A DNA stretch of 38,749 nt from Candidatus Woesearchaeota archaeon (GTDB taxonomy: Archaea > Nanobdellota > Nanobdellia > Woesearchaeales > DATGWN01): positions 1-38,749 of the forward strand of contig JBLKOU010000006.1 in assembly GCA_047603125.1 (NCBI GenBank). Direction: 5' to 3'. How positions within the stretch are numbered: position 1 is the stretch's first letter; each line of letters begins with the position of its first letter. The position numbers and the translations under genes are program-made. The notes below the pieces were generated by a model. The model was not told where the DNA came from. It saw only the letters and a program-made list of their open reading frames with translations, and made no database searches. Below are positions 30,154 to 38,462 of the stretch, piece by piece.

Positions 30154-30729
30154 TTATTCACCTTGTCTGTATAATAATTCTTCATCAATTCGTTTCCAAC
30201 TATGAATTTCTTGATTAGTAAACCAAAGTCCGATTTCTCTTTTTGCATCATCTTGAGAGCTGGATGCATGAATGAGATTTTGCAGTGCTCGTTTGGAAGT
30301 GTCTGCGAGTTGATATGTATCAAACGAATAATCGCCTCGTATTGTTCCGGGAGCACTTTGTTCAGGACTCGTATCTCCAACGAGCTTTCGCACATGGAGT
30401 ATTGCATTGTGCCCTTCTAGGACTAATGCAACAACAGGAGAAAGTCGAAGAAAATCAATTAATGATTTTCGAACGGTTAATCCCAATTCTTTATTTGATT
30501 GTTCAATACTCATCCCTTTTAACTTGTAGTTTTTTCGTTGTTTTTCACCAACTGTTTCTAACCAGTTTTCGTCTGCAATATAATGATCACCTGCAAGTTT
30601 TTCATCAGGGTATGCCATTTTCATTGCAACAAGCTTTAAACCACAGCGCTCAAAGCGCGTTATAATTTCACCAATTAACCCTCGCTGAACCGCATCAGGT
30701 TTTAAGAGAATGAGTGTTTGTTCAATCAT
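30154..30729 (-). CDS. ndk: Nucleoside diphosphate kinase
   Basis: KPDAVQRGLIGEII.RFE, PGTIRGD, NLIHAS. Confidence 0.95.
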   Translation of the reverse strand: MIEQTLILLKPDAVQRGLIGEIITRFERCGLKLVAMKMAYPDEKLAGDHYIADENWLETVGEKQRKNYKLKGMSIEQSNKELGLTVRKSLIDFLRLSPVVALVLEGHNAILHVRKLVGDTSPEQSAPGTIRGDYSFDTYQLADTSKRALQNLIHASSSQDDAKREIGLWFTNQEIHSWKRIDEELLYRQGE

Positions 30730-30920
30730 TGTTTTTTCGTAGTCTCCTTAATTTTATGATATTCTTTTGTCCACTTTGTTTCACGTGGTTTTCGACCAAG
30801 CTTGACCATGTTTTTTTCTGCTTTTCTATCAGCAAAATACCACACTCGGCCATCTTTTCGAATATACATAATACCTCGTCCTTGAGGTATTTCTTTTCCG
30901 CTAAAACTGCATTGTACCAT
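30726..30920 (-). CDS. rpl24e: 50S ribosomal protein L24e
   Basis: CSFSGKEI..GRGIMYIRKDG...KPR..KWT; conserved L7Ae-S28e-L24e-ndk order. Confidence 0.93.
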   Translation of the reverse strand: MVQCSFSGKEIPQGRGIMYIRKDGRVWYFADRKAEKNMVKLGRKPRETKWTKEYHKIKETTKKQ

Positions 30921-30924
30921 TTTT

Positions 30925-31176
30925 TTACCTATTAAGTGGGCGAGCTTCTATTTCTGTCTCGCGAAGCATAATCGTATCTCCAAGTCGAACGGGGCCTTTG
31001 ACATTTCGTCGAATTATTTTATTAGCATCCCGACCTTCAAGAATTTTGACACGAACTTGTGTTGCTTCTCCTCGTGTTCCAGTTCGACCAATAATTTCTT
31101 CCACAGTACTTGTTACTGCTTCGCTAAATTGAACTGAACCTCCGGATGTTTTTTGTTTATCAGCTTTGGGAGCCAT
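30925..31176 (-). CDS. rps28e: 30S ribosomal protein S28e
   Basis: [21 protein letters not shown]...[11 protein letters not shown]...ETE. Confidence 0.95.
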   Translation of the reverse strand: MAPKADKQKTSGGSVQFSEAVTSTVEEIIGRTGTRGEATQVRVKILEGRDANKIIRRNVKGPVRLGDTIMLRETEIEARPLNR

Positions 31177-31178
31177 GC

Positions 31179-31520
31179 TTATTCACCTTGCAAGAATTTT
31201 GCTAAATCGTCTTTTGCATTTGCTTCATCAATAACTGCAACTGCTGTTGTTCCAACAGTTAAACCTGCTGCTGTTCCTAATTCTTCTTTTGTACTTACAG
31301 TAAAACAAGGAATGTTTTTTTCTTCACAGATAAGTGGAATATGCATAACTAATTCTTTTGGTGAAACATCGCTTGCAATAACTACTGCTTTTGCGACACC
31401 GCGTTCTGCTGCCTTTGTAACTTCGTTGGTACCCTTTTTGAGTTTTCCATTTGCTTTGACAACTTCGATAATTCGAAGCATATCTTCAATTTGTTGTTCA
31501 TTGAGTTCTTGTTGAGCCAT
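31179..31520 (-). CDS. rpl7ae: 50S ribosomal protein L7Ae
   Basis: [38 protein letters not shown]. Confidence 0.96.
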   Translation of the reverse strand: MAQQELNEQQIEDMLRIIEVVKANGKLKKGTNEVTKAAERGVAKAVVIASDVSPKELVMHIPLICEEKNIPCFTVSTKEELGTAAGLTVGTTAVAVIDEANAKDDLAKFLQGE

Positions 31521-31552
31521 TTTGTACCCTCACAAACCGAGAAGATTCTCTT

Positions 31553-31579
31553 CTCTCAGGCATAGTGCCGTCATTAAGG
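31553..31579 (-). promoter_or_regulatory. Candidate k-turn in the rpl7ae 5' leader
   Basis: Minus strand CCUU-AAU-GA-C-GGCA-cua-UGCC-U-GA-GAG: 3-nt bulge, tandem GA/AG pairs, closing stems. Confidence 0.6.
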
Positions 31580-31626
31580 TTATCCAGTTGGAAATCGCAG
31601 GGTTTTATAAAGGTTATTGTGGGTTG

Positions 31627-31742
31627 GGTTTCAATCTAAAAAGAAAAAAGAAGAGCATCTTGGAGCAAAGTTAGAAAATTTGGTGATTATTAACAGCTAA
31701 ACCTGCGTGCTCTTTTTTGAAAAATAATTATCGGATAAAGTC
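31627..31742 (+). mobile_element. MITE-like element, family A, copy A4 (internally deleted)
   Basis: Keeps AAGAGCATCTTG.AGCAAAGTTAGAAAATTTGGTGATT and CTGCGTGCTCTTTTTTGAAAAATAATT; flanks TGTGGGTTG (31618-31626) and TGCGGGTTC (31743-31751), 7/9. Confidence 0.75.
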
Positions 31743-31762
31743 TGCGGGTTCGAGGTGGGCGT

Positions 31763-32560
31763 TCACATAAATGTACGTATCAGCCACATTCTTATTCGCG
31801 TCGGGATAAATGGTTCAAAAAAGAGTGCAATACGTGACATTGCTCCTGCAGGGTATCGGAGTTTTTTGGAGGAAGTTGTTGCCGCCTTATGGATGACTTT
31901 TGCAATCTGCTCTGGAGAGCTTGCGTTTTTGGTCATATTTTCAGATTGCTCAAGCATGCGTTTTTGTTTGGCGCTCAGATTCTTAGGAAGAGCCATATCT
32001 AAACTTCGCGAAAAAAAGTCAGTTTTTACTGGACCGGGTTCAACAATCTTTACTCGAATACCCTGCTGTCCAGCTTCATAGAATAAACTTTCACTAAATC
32101 CTTCCACTGCCCATTTGGATGAGGTATATAACGATGAAAATGGAAACGCGATTCTTCCAATAATTGATGAGATGTTAACAATAACTCCTGATTTTTGCGT
32201 TTTCATAATGGGTAGAACTGCCTTTGTTATTAGGATAAGTCCTTGTACATTTGTGGCAAGCTGGCGCGCTATTTTTTCTTCACTGATGTCTGTTAATTCG
32301 CCAAAGAGTCCATATCCTGCATTATTGACAAGAACATCGATTCGTTTATGTGTACGCATGACTTTTGCCACAGCGTTTTTGATAGTGTCTGGTTTTGTGA
32401 CATCAAGAGCAAGTATTGTCACATTTTTTGGAAAAGGGGGAGCTTGAGAAATATCCCTCATTGTTGCAATAACTCGCCAACCTTTTTTTGCAAAGAGTTG
32501 CGCAGTAGCGTATCCAATTCCACTTGATGCGCCAGTTATAAAAATGACTTTTTGTTTCAT
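31763..32560 (-). CDS. Short-chain dehydrogenase/reductase (SDR)
   Basis: ITGASSGIG, VNNAG, NISS, YTSSK, EPG. Confidence 0.93.
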   Translation of the reverse strand: MKQKVIFITGASSGIGYATAQLFAKKGWRVIATMRDISQAPPFPKNVTILALDVTKPDTIKNAVAKVMRTHKRIDVLVNNAGYGLFGELTDISEEKIARQLATNVQGLILITKAVLPIMKTQKSGVIVNISSIIGRIAFPFSSLYTSSKWAVEGFSESLFYEAGQQGIRVKIVEPGPVKTDFFSRSLDMALPKNLSAKQKRMLEQSENMTKNASSPEQIAKVIHKAATTSSKKLRYPAGAMSRIALFFEPFIPTRIRMWLIRTFM

Positions 32561-32617
32561 AATATTATGGAAAAATACAACAAGTTTTTTAAAAGGTTAT
32601 GAATGTGCACATCTCAC

Positions 32618-32725
32618 GAGCCTGTAGCTTAGTCTGGTGGAGCGCTGGTCTTATAAGACCCATATTCGCGTAAGGATATGTGCTGAGTCAGCCAGTGGTC
32701 GCGAGTTCAAATCTCGCCAGGCTCA
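32618..32725 (+). tRNA. tRNA-Ile(UAU) with a 34-nt intron at position 37/38 (intron 32656-32689)
   Basis: Acceptor GAGCCTG/CAGGCTC, anticodon stem CTGGT/GCCAG, anticodon TAT at 32652-32654; bulge-helix-bulge with central helix CUUA/UGAG and bulges UA|A and UC|A. Confidence 0.92.
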
Positions 32726-33387
32726 TTTTTCTTTGTTATATTTGCAAGGACAATTGTCTGCGAATCAGTAAATTCATAATAGACACCGCGATGATAAAAT
32801 CCGAGTGTTCCTGCTTCAAGCTCAATAGTATCGGTGTTTTGGAGTTTTTGCGCGGCTTTGGCGCGTATTTGTCGTGCATTTCGCTGAATCTGTGCTTTTC
32901 CATCTACAAAGGAAATAAAAGAATCAGCCGGTTGAACACTTGCTTGCCAGATCCAGGCCATAGAATGACAAGTGTCGCCAACATTTTCCATCTCAAATGT
33001 AATAATTTCGTCTTGTGGGTGCACAATGCGAGCAATCTCAGTATACGTTGCAAGACACGTGCTTATGTTTGGTTGATAAGAAAATTCGCCCGCACGAATT
33101 TGCGTATTTGCAGTATCGCTCACACGCATTTGTAAGACGACGGGTTGAGTTTGTTCTGTTTCAAGTGTGATACTTGCATTACATGTTGCACCAACCCAAA
33201 ATTGTGAGGGTCTGACAAGAAAGGACGTGATGGGTGAATTCCCATCAAAAAAAGTGTATATTCCCATACGATCCTTAAAATCAACGACACAATCTGAATC
33301 GACTGTTTGTTCTGTTAGTGACCAATCGATGCCAGACTGACAACCGATAAGAAAAATACTGAGCATGATAATAACCATTGCGCGCAT
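32707..33387 (-). CDS. Hypothetical lipoprotein
   Basis: Lipobox LIGC after a hydrophobic stretch; 226 aa. Confidence 0.7.
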   Translation of the reverse strand: MRAMVIIMLSIFLIGCQSGIDWSLTEQTVDSDCVVDFKDRMGIYTFFDGNSPITSFLVRPSQFWVGATCNASITLETEQTQPVVLQMRVSDTANTQIRAGEFSYQPNISTCLATYTEIARIVHPQDEIITFEMENVGDTCHSMAWIWQASVQPADSFISFVDGKAQIQRNARQIRAKAAQKLQNTDTIELEAGTLGFYHRGVYYEFTDSQTIVLANITKKNEPGEI

Positions 33388-33441
33388 GTAAGAGATTATA
33401 ATACGCTGATTTTATAAAGATTCAGTTTTCATATACGCTCT

Positions 33442-34425
33442 ATGGTACTATCGACTCCATTGTTTGCAAAATCCATCTCAGTGATTCTTGCAGTTTTTTT
33501 GGGTATCGTCACGTATTCTATTACTTTTTCATTTGAAAATTTTTTTGTTCAAAGTTTGATGATAATCCTTGAACTGTTTATTATCTCATCCATATTCTTT
33601 TTTATTCTCGGGTTTTTCTCAACACTTGGCGCTCAAATGGTTGAACTGCTTGCTATTCGTGGACAATTTTCTTCTCTTATAAAAAAAATTGTAGCTGCCA
33701 TTATTCTCATCCCTGCGTGGATAATTGGTGCGGTTTGTTCGTTTTATATTCTTGATATTGTTGAAATTTATGCAGGGGTGTATAGAATAGGGGCATACTT
33801 ACTTATTGTGTTTTTATTTAATGTATTTTATGCTGCACATCAACTCTCAAAAGGAAAACGCCATACAGTACTTGGGCATTTTTTTCGAGTGGTGGTACTT
33901 CCTCAAACATATTTTGATCTGTATTATTTGTTTACTGCGTTTACCCGTTCATTGTTTTATGCACTTATTTTTGTCAATCTCTTAGTCATTGCATCCGTAT
34001 TATCAGTTGTTTTGCTTGGCTTTCCATTTTTACTTGGTTTAGGATATATTTGGTGGTGGTTAATTTTACTTGAGCGACGAAATGCGCATTTATTGCTTGG
34101 CATAAAATTTAAGCCAATTCCAAAAATTCGAAAACGAACACTCAAAAAACGCTTGTATGCACATCTTTCTCGATCCATCACATGGAAGGGATTGTTATAT
34201 TTGGTGCTGAAATTTCCTATTTCCGTGCTCCCATTTACCGTAATTGCGGGATTATTTACGCTTGCTGTGACTATTTTATTGCAACCACTCTTACAAACAC
34301 TCACGGTGTATGAAGCAGCAGGATATATATTGCTTGCTTCTATAATAATAATAATAACATTACATATTGTTCGTTTTCTTATTAAATTACACAAAGGGAT
34401 TGTACTCAGATTGTTGGGCATATAG
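33442..34425 (+). CDS. Polytopic membrane protein with putative 'sensor' domain
   Basis: Many TM helices; C-terminal half has LLERRNA.LLLG...TWKGLLYLVLKFPI, resembling the Pfam Sensor membrane domain; no kinase domain. Confidence 0.65.
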   Translation: MVLSTPLFAKSISVILAVFLGIVTYSITFSFENFFVQSLMIILELFIISSIFFFILGFFSTLGAQMVELLAIRGQFSSLIKKIVAAIILIPAWIIGAVCSFYILDIVEIYAGVYRIGAYLLIVFLFNVFYAAHQLSKGKRHTVLGHFFRVVVLPQTYFDLYYLFTAFTRSLFYALIFVNLLVIASVLSVVLLGFPFLLGLGYIWWWLILLERRNAHLLLGIKFKPIPKIRKRTLKKRLYAHLSRSITWKGLLYLVLKFPISVLPFTVIAGLFTLAVTILLQPLLQTLTVYEAAGYILLASIIIIITLHIVRFLIKLHKGIVLRLLGI

Positions 34426-34481
34426 GTTTATTACTATCTTGTGACGAAAACTTTATAAATTGGTGAGAAATTCTTGCCCTT

Positions 34482-34844
34482 ATGAAACGAATTTCCAAAT
34501 ATATGGGCGTAGCAGGTTTGCTTGTAGGTAGCTATTTTGCGTTCATGCACCCACAGCAAGTTGAAGTCAATCAACGTTATCAAGGTCGTTCCGGTGTAAT
34601 TGAACCAGGGAGTTATATTGGTATCTTTGATCCAAAATGTCGCAATACGCGAAATGGTGCACCAGAAGCGAGGATAAATATTACGCGTTTTGTGAATGGT
34701 GGGGTCGCTTATGATACTCTGGGAAATCCTCTTGAAGTGGATGGGGTGAAATATAGGGTTGAAGCCACTAGATTTGGTCGTTTCTCAGATCCGGTTGCTA
34801 GAGAAATAAAACCTTCGAGTTTAGATTCTTACATAAAAGAATAA
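34482..34844 (+). CDS. Hypothetical exported protein
   Basis: Signal/anchor N-terminus; TATA 30 bp upstream. Confidence 0.7.
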   Translation: MKRISKYMGVAGLLVGSYFAFMHPQQVEVNQRYQGRSGVIEPGSYIGIFDPKCRNTRNGAPEARINITRFVNGGVAYDTLGNPLEVDGVKYRVEATRFGRFSDPVAREIKPSSLDSYIKE

Positions 34845-34890
34845 ATTTAAAAAGAAGACAATTCTTTTTTTCTAAAATTGATTACACAAC

Positions 34891-34907
34891 TGCTCCTGTA
34901 GTGTAGT
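34891..34907 (+). repeat. 17-bp direct repeat of the tRNA-Glu 5' end
   Basis: TGCTCCTGTAGTGTAGT at 34891-34907 and 34963-34979. Confidence 0.9.
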
Positions 34908-34963
34908 ACGACCCAACCTTCAAACAAAGGTTGATCATGTTGTGCGACATAAAGTAGCAAAAT

Positions 34964-35038
34964 GCTCCTGTAGTGTAGTCCGGCCAATCATTCAGGACTT
35001 TCATTCCTGAGACCCGGGTTCGAATCCCGGCGGGAGCG
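34964..35038 (+). tRNA. tRNA-Glu(UUC)
   Basis: GCTCCTG/CGGGAGC acceptor, CAGGA-CTTTCAT-TCCTG anticodon arm, GGTTCGAATCC T arm; CCA not encoded. Confidence 0.95.
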
Positions 35039-35367
35039 TTACTTTCTTTACCAACATTTTTGTGGGTCGTATGTGTCACTAACTCCAAGTGGAATGCCCA
35101 TTTGTCTACGTTCCACGCATTTGGTGGTGTGAATAGAGACGCTCCGGTTTGGTGTGTTTGCCTCAGGGATTTTTTTGAAGTATCGTCAGCAAAAGTACCT
35201 AGATAAAAGTACAGCATCATTCTCGCTCAAATGAAGTATTTTTTAGACACATTTCGCAATCTACACTGTTCATTGTCAGAAATATCGAGGGTTTTGAAAA
35301 GGTGTTTATAAAAATCCATAGACACAGCTATATGCAATTAACATCAACGCACGTTTAATAATAGCAC

Positions 35368-36216
35368 TTAAAGTTGGCGATAGTTTTCCAAAAAAATATT
35401 AAGCTCTTCACTATTATTACAACCTACAATCACAGATGTAAATACCTGGCTACTTCTTACTAGAGGTAAAGAATCCATAAGAGAATGCCCTGAGAGAATT
35501 TTGTATGCAGAAACTGCGCACTTTTTCTTCAACAGCATATTAGTAATCTGCTACCTCTCGTCCGCAGCTACTCTAGAATTGTACCAAACCCATATATTCT
35601 GCACATCAAGACTTTGTATTTTGGAAAGCACCTCGACTCCACCTTCACAGATTGCTACAGGAGTCAAATTTTTATGTTTCACCAATTCTACCTGTTCTTC
35701 AACGACATCATGTCTCCCCGCTAGATATAGAAACCCATGACTAATATTTCCCACAAGACTATAATCACAAAAATCAAATGCACTAAGCAAATCCTGAAAC
35801 TCATTTCGGTTGAACATAATTTGAGAAATTTCCTTATCAGAAAAAGGAATCGCTCCCGAGTTAACGCCATACCACTCCTGTCTCAGAGGTTGATTTAATC
35901 CGATCAATTTAATTTTTTCAGTAGCCAAAATGCGCTGACGAAGATGCGAATCCCAAAGAGAGTTTCCATTAAAATAGTAATTGTATCCCTTGTGAGGATT
36001 AGCAAAGCAAATTATGTCAGGGTGACTTTCTTTAAAAGATTTTAGTATAGGGATCAAGTAAGGTACAGGCGACATAGCATATCCTCTAATACCCGAAGCA
36101 TATGCGAAACGCAATGTATTCGCATAGTTATCGATTCTTTCAGCGAGAGTAAACTTGCTATTATTACCCCAACCTGCAAACGCATCTTCTCCAAGAATTA
36201 TTTTAGGGCTTTCCAC
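35368..36216 (-). pseudogene. Aldo-keto-reductase-fold-like gene with in-frame TAG at 35551-35553
   Basis: N-terminus KIILG...LRFAYASGIRG; 60 more open codons after the TAG (AVSAYKILSG...VFTSVIVGCNNSEEL) resemble the C-terminal end of AKR barrels. Confidence 0.55.
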
Positions 36217-36266
36217 AATTGGTGATTGTTGAAAAGATTTATAAACTTTTAAGTAAATAAACGACT

Positions 36267-36695
36267 ATGACTATTAGACAAACTGTCACGAATGTAATTA
36301 TTTACGATAATGAGATTCTTCTAGGTAAGCAAAAAGCAAAGCCCGACAAAATCCATCAATTTAAAGAAGAATGGACCATACCTTGTGGAACTATGCAACA
36401 AGAAAGTGTTGAAGATTGTGCAGTGAGAGAACTACAAGAAGAGACAGGACTAACCCCTTACACCATATCTCTCATCGATGCCTATTTAATAGAATTTGAA
36501 AAGAATAGTCAATTGTATCAAACGATAGCAACATGGGTGCATATCTCGCCAAAAAACAAAAACGCATTTGCTAATGATGATTTGGTTCAATTACAATGGG
36601 TGCCCCTAAGCGAGCTTAGTAGATACATCACACCTGAATCCAAAATTTATTCGCTCATGAGCGAGAAAGTAAAAAAATATCTCAATTTACAATGA
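36267..36695 (+). CDS. NUDIX hydrolase
   Basis: Nudix box PCGTMQQESVEDCAVRELQEETGL; DDL...WV. Confidence 0.88.
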   Translation: MTIRQTVTNVIIYDNEILLGKQKAKPDKIHQFKEEWTIPCGTMQQESVEDCAVRELQEETGLTPYTISLIDAYLIEFEKNSQLYQTIATWVHISPKNKNAFANDDLVQLQWVPLSELSRYITPESKIYSLMSEKVKKYLNLQ

Positions 36696-37696
36696 TTACA
36701 CCCGAAGATTTCGCGAAATATGAGATGGTTGGAGAAATTCCAAGTAGATTAGCTAAGCTTTGCCTCTATGTTTCAGAAAATTACCCACGTATCATTATAT
36801 TCGGACCACGAGGCAGTCGAAAAACCTGTCTTGCTACTGAAATTGCAGAGATATTAGTTGCAAAAAAAATAATTGACAGATATATTGTGATTACTGACAG
36901 AACGTCACTACAAAAGCAATTATCAAAATATACACCTAGAGAAATCTTTTTGATTGATGCTTTAGATTTAACTCAACTTGAATTAAACAGCCTGTGCAAG
37001 AACGACATATCGTTTATTTTGACACTCGATCAGGAAGTTAATCCCTTTATCCAAAGTGGTTACAGCACAACAGATACACCCTATATAATTACCCCAGAGA
37101 TTTTATCTTGGACAAATAATTTGTCACTCAAATATAAAAATCATATCCTTACATATCTGAGCTCTGCGAAAATAAACAAGAAAATTATTCCATTTAGAAT
37201 GTTAGAAGATATAATCCTGAACTTCAATAGGTATTCAACTGAAAAATTATTGCTGCACTTTGTTTATTTAGAAAATCCAGATCTTTTCAAGGTGCGCTTC
37301 AATCTTTTGAAGAAATTTTTGGTCCAACAGATTCGCGACCCGCCAGATTTTGAAAAAAAATTTGAACAAACCTTGTGTTTTGTTCAACGACCCCTCGTGA
37401 AGCATAAACCTACAGGAACAGATAAAAGATCCAATCTGATTGCATGTGAAATTACAATCTTGAGCCCTTTCGCTTGCGAGATTAATGGACACAAAATACA
37501 GAAAGGTTTCAATAGATTGGTAGTTTCCGATGGAAAGCACAAGTGCGAATTTTGCAAGAAAATGTTTAGAATTCAAGCCCCAAAAGAAGGAGCTCACGTA
37601 TTATTTTGCGATTCGCAAGGCAAAATAGTTCCTAATAATCTATGTAAACAATTTTCGCAAGACATAGATTGTGTGATCACCACCCCAAGAAAATAA
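36692..37696 (+). CDS. Hypothetical protein with degenerate P-loop and C-terminal Cys-rich region
   Basis: IIIFGPRGSRKT, IFLID, CEFC plus further Cys; ATGA-coupled to the NUDIX gene. Confidence 0.6.
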   Translation: MITPEDFAKYEMVGEIPSRLAKLCLYVSENYPRIIIFGPRGSRKTCLATEIAEILVAKKIIDRYIVITDRTSLQKQLSKYTPREIFLIDALDLTQLELNSLCKNDISFILTLDQEVNPFIQSGYSTTDTPYIITPEILSWTNNLSLKYKNHILTYLSSAKINKKIIPFRMLEDIILNFNRYSTEKLLLHFVYLENPDLFKVRFNLLKKFLVQQIRDPPDFEKKFEQTLCFVQRPLVKHKPTGTDKRSNLIACEITILSPFACEINGHKIQKGFNRLVVSDGKHKCEFCKKMFRIQAPKEGAHVLFCDSQGKIVPNNLCKQFSQDIDCVITTPRK

Positions 37697-38407
37697 ATTA
37701 CACCGAATTATCTCTTGCTCAAGGTTAATAATATCTTTCTTAAAATTTTCGTTAAGCTTTGAAGATCTATAATTGTACAATGAGCTAATGACTGGAACAA
37801 CTTTCAAAACCTCTAAACCATTATTCATTGCAATTATTTTAAATTCCTCAATATCAAAACAACGAACAGGGAATTCTTCAGAAAGCTCAATGGCTTCCCT
37901 TTTTTTTAGAATTCTTCGCGCCTCAGCAAAATTTCCATTCGAGACACTGTTTACAAGTTTACCATATAAATTATCAACACCTATGATTATTGTGCCGCCA
38001 TTTTTAGTAACGCGACACAATTCAGATATAGCCTTTTCATAATCATTTAAGCAAAAACTTACACCATCTCCAAGACTTATACTGCAGTCAAAACTGTTGG
38101 CTTCAAAAGGAATTTCACGAATATCAGCCACTCGGAAATCACAGTTTTTTTGTGAGCAATTTTTTCTTGCAGTTTCTATCATCCGGCCGGAAATGTCTAA
38201 GCAGGAAAAATGAAGCCGTGGTGTAGAAAAAAAATATGCATCTCTGCCAGTTCCACAGCCGGCATCTAATACTTTCCCTTCCTCAGGCAGATACATTTTC
38301 AGTACCGCCATACCTATCAAATTACGAAGAGCGGGCTTCAAGAAATATTTATTCTCAACTTCAGCATATTGGTCAAAAAACTGTGATAGCCTCTGAGTGT
38401 CCGTCAT
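37640..38407 (-). CDS. Class I SAM-dependent methyltransferase
   Basis: VLDAGCGTG, LDISGRMI, ADIREIPFEANSFD, ELCRVTKNGG. Confidence 0.9.
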   Translation of the reverse strand: MTDTQRLSQFFDQYAEVENKYFLKPALRNLIGMAVLKMYLPEEGKVLDAGCGTGRDAYFFSTPRLHFSCLDISGRMIETARKNCSQKNCDFRVADIREIPFEANSFDCSISLGDGVSFCLNDYEKAISELCRVTKNGGTIIIGVDNLYGKLVNSVSNGNFAEARRILKKREAIELSEEFPVRCFDIEEFKIIAMNNGLEVLKVVPVISSLYNYRSSKLNENFKKDIINLEQEIIRCNLFSWGGDHTIYVLRKLFT

Positions 38408-38462
38408 ACCTTCATAGTATAACTAGCAAAATTTATAAAATCGTCGTTATTACCAAGTAATA

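Noticed and set aside
2322..33135. Many antisense or alternate-frame ORFs inside long genes (e.g. 2417-2689, 11288-11623, 17873-18268, 23099-23440, 31153-31515, 32680-33135)
   Set aside because: Shadows of well-supported genes, with no motifs or promoters. Similarity between 17873-18268 and 23099-23440 only mirrors the paralogous ATPases.
34882..35220. 112-aa minus-strand ORF
   Set aside because: Runs antisense through tRNA-Glu with no recognisable domain. A TATA near 35310 and broken frames suggest at most a decayed small gene.
5743..35553. Genome-wide TAG reassignment
   Set aside because: TAG ends EF-1alpha at its normal length (25532) and several other genes (10581, 21457, 34425, 37640); conserved genes have no internal TAG.
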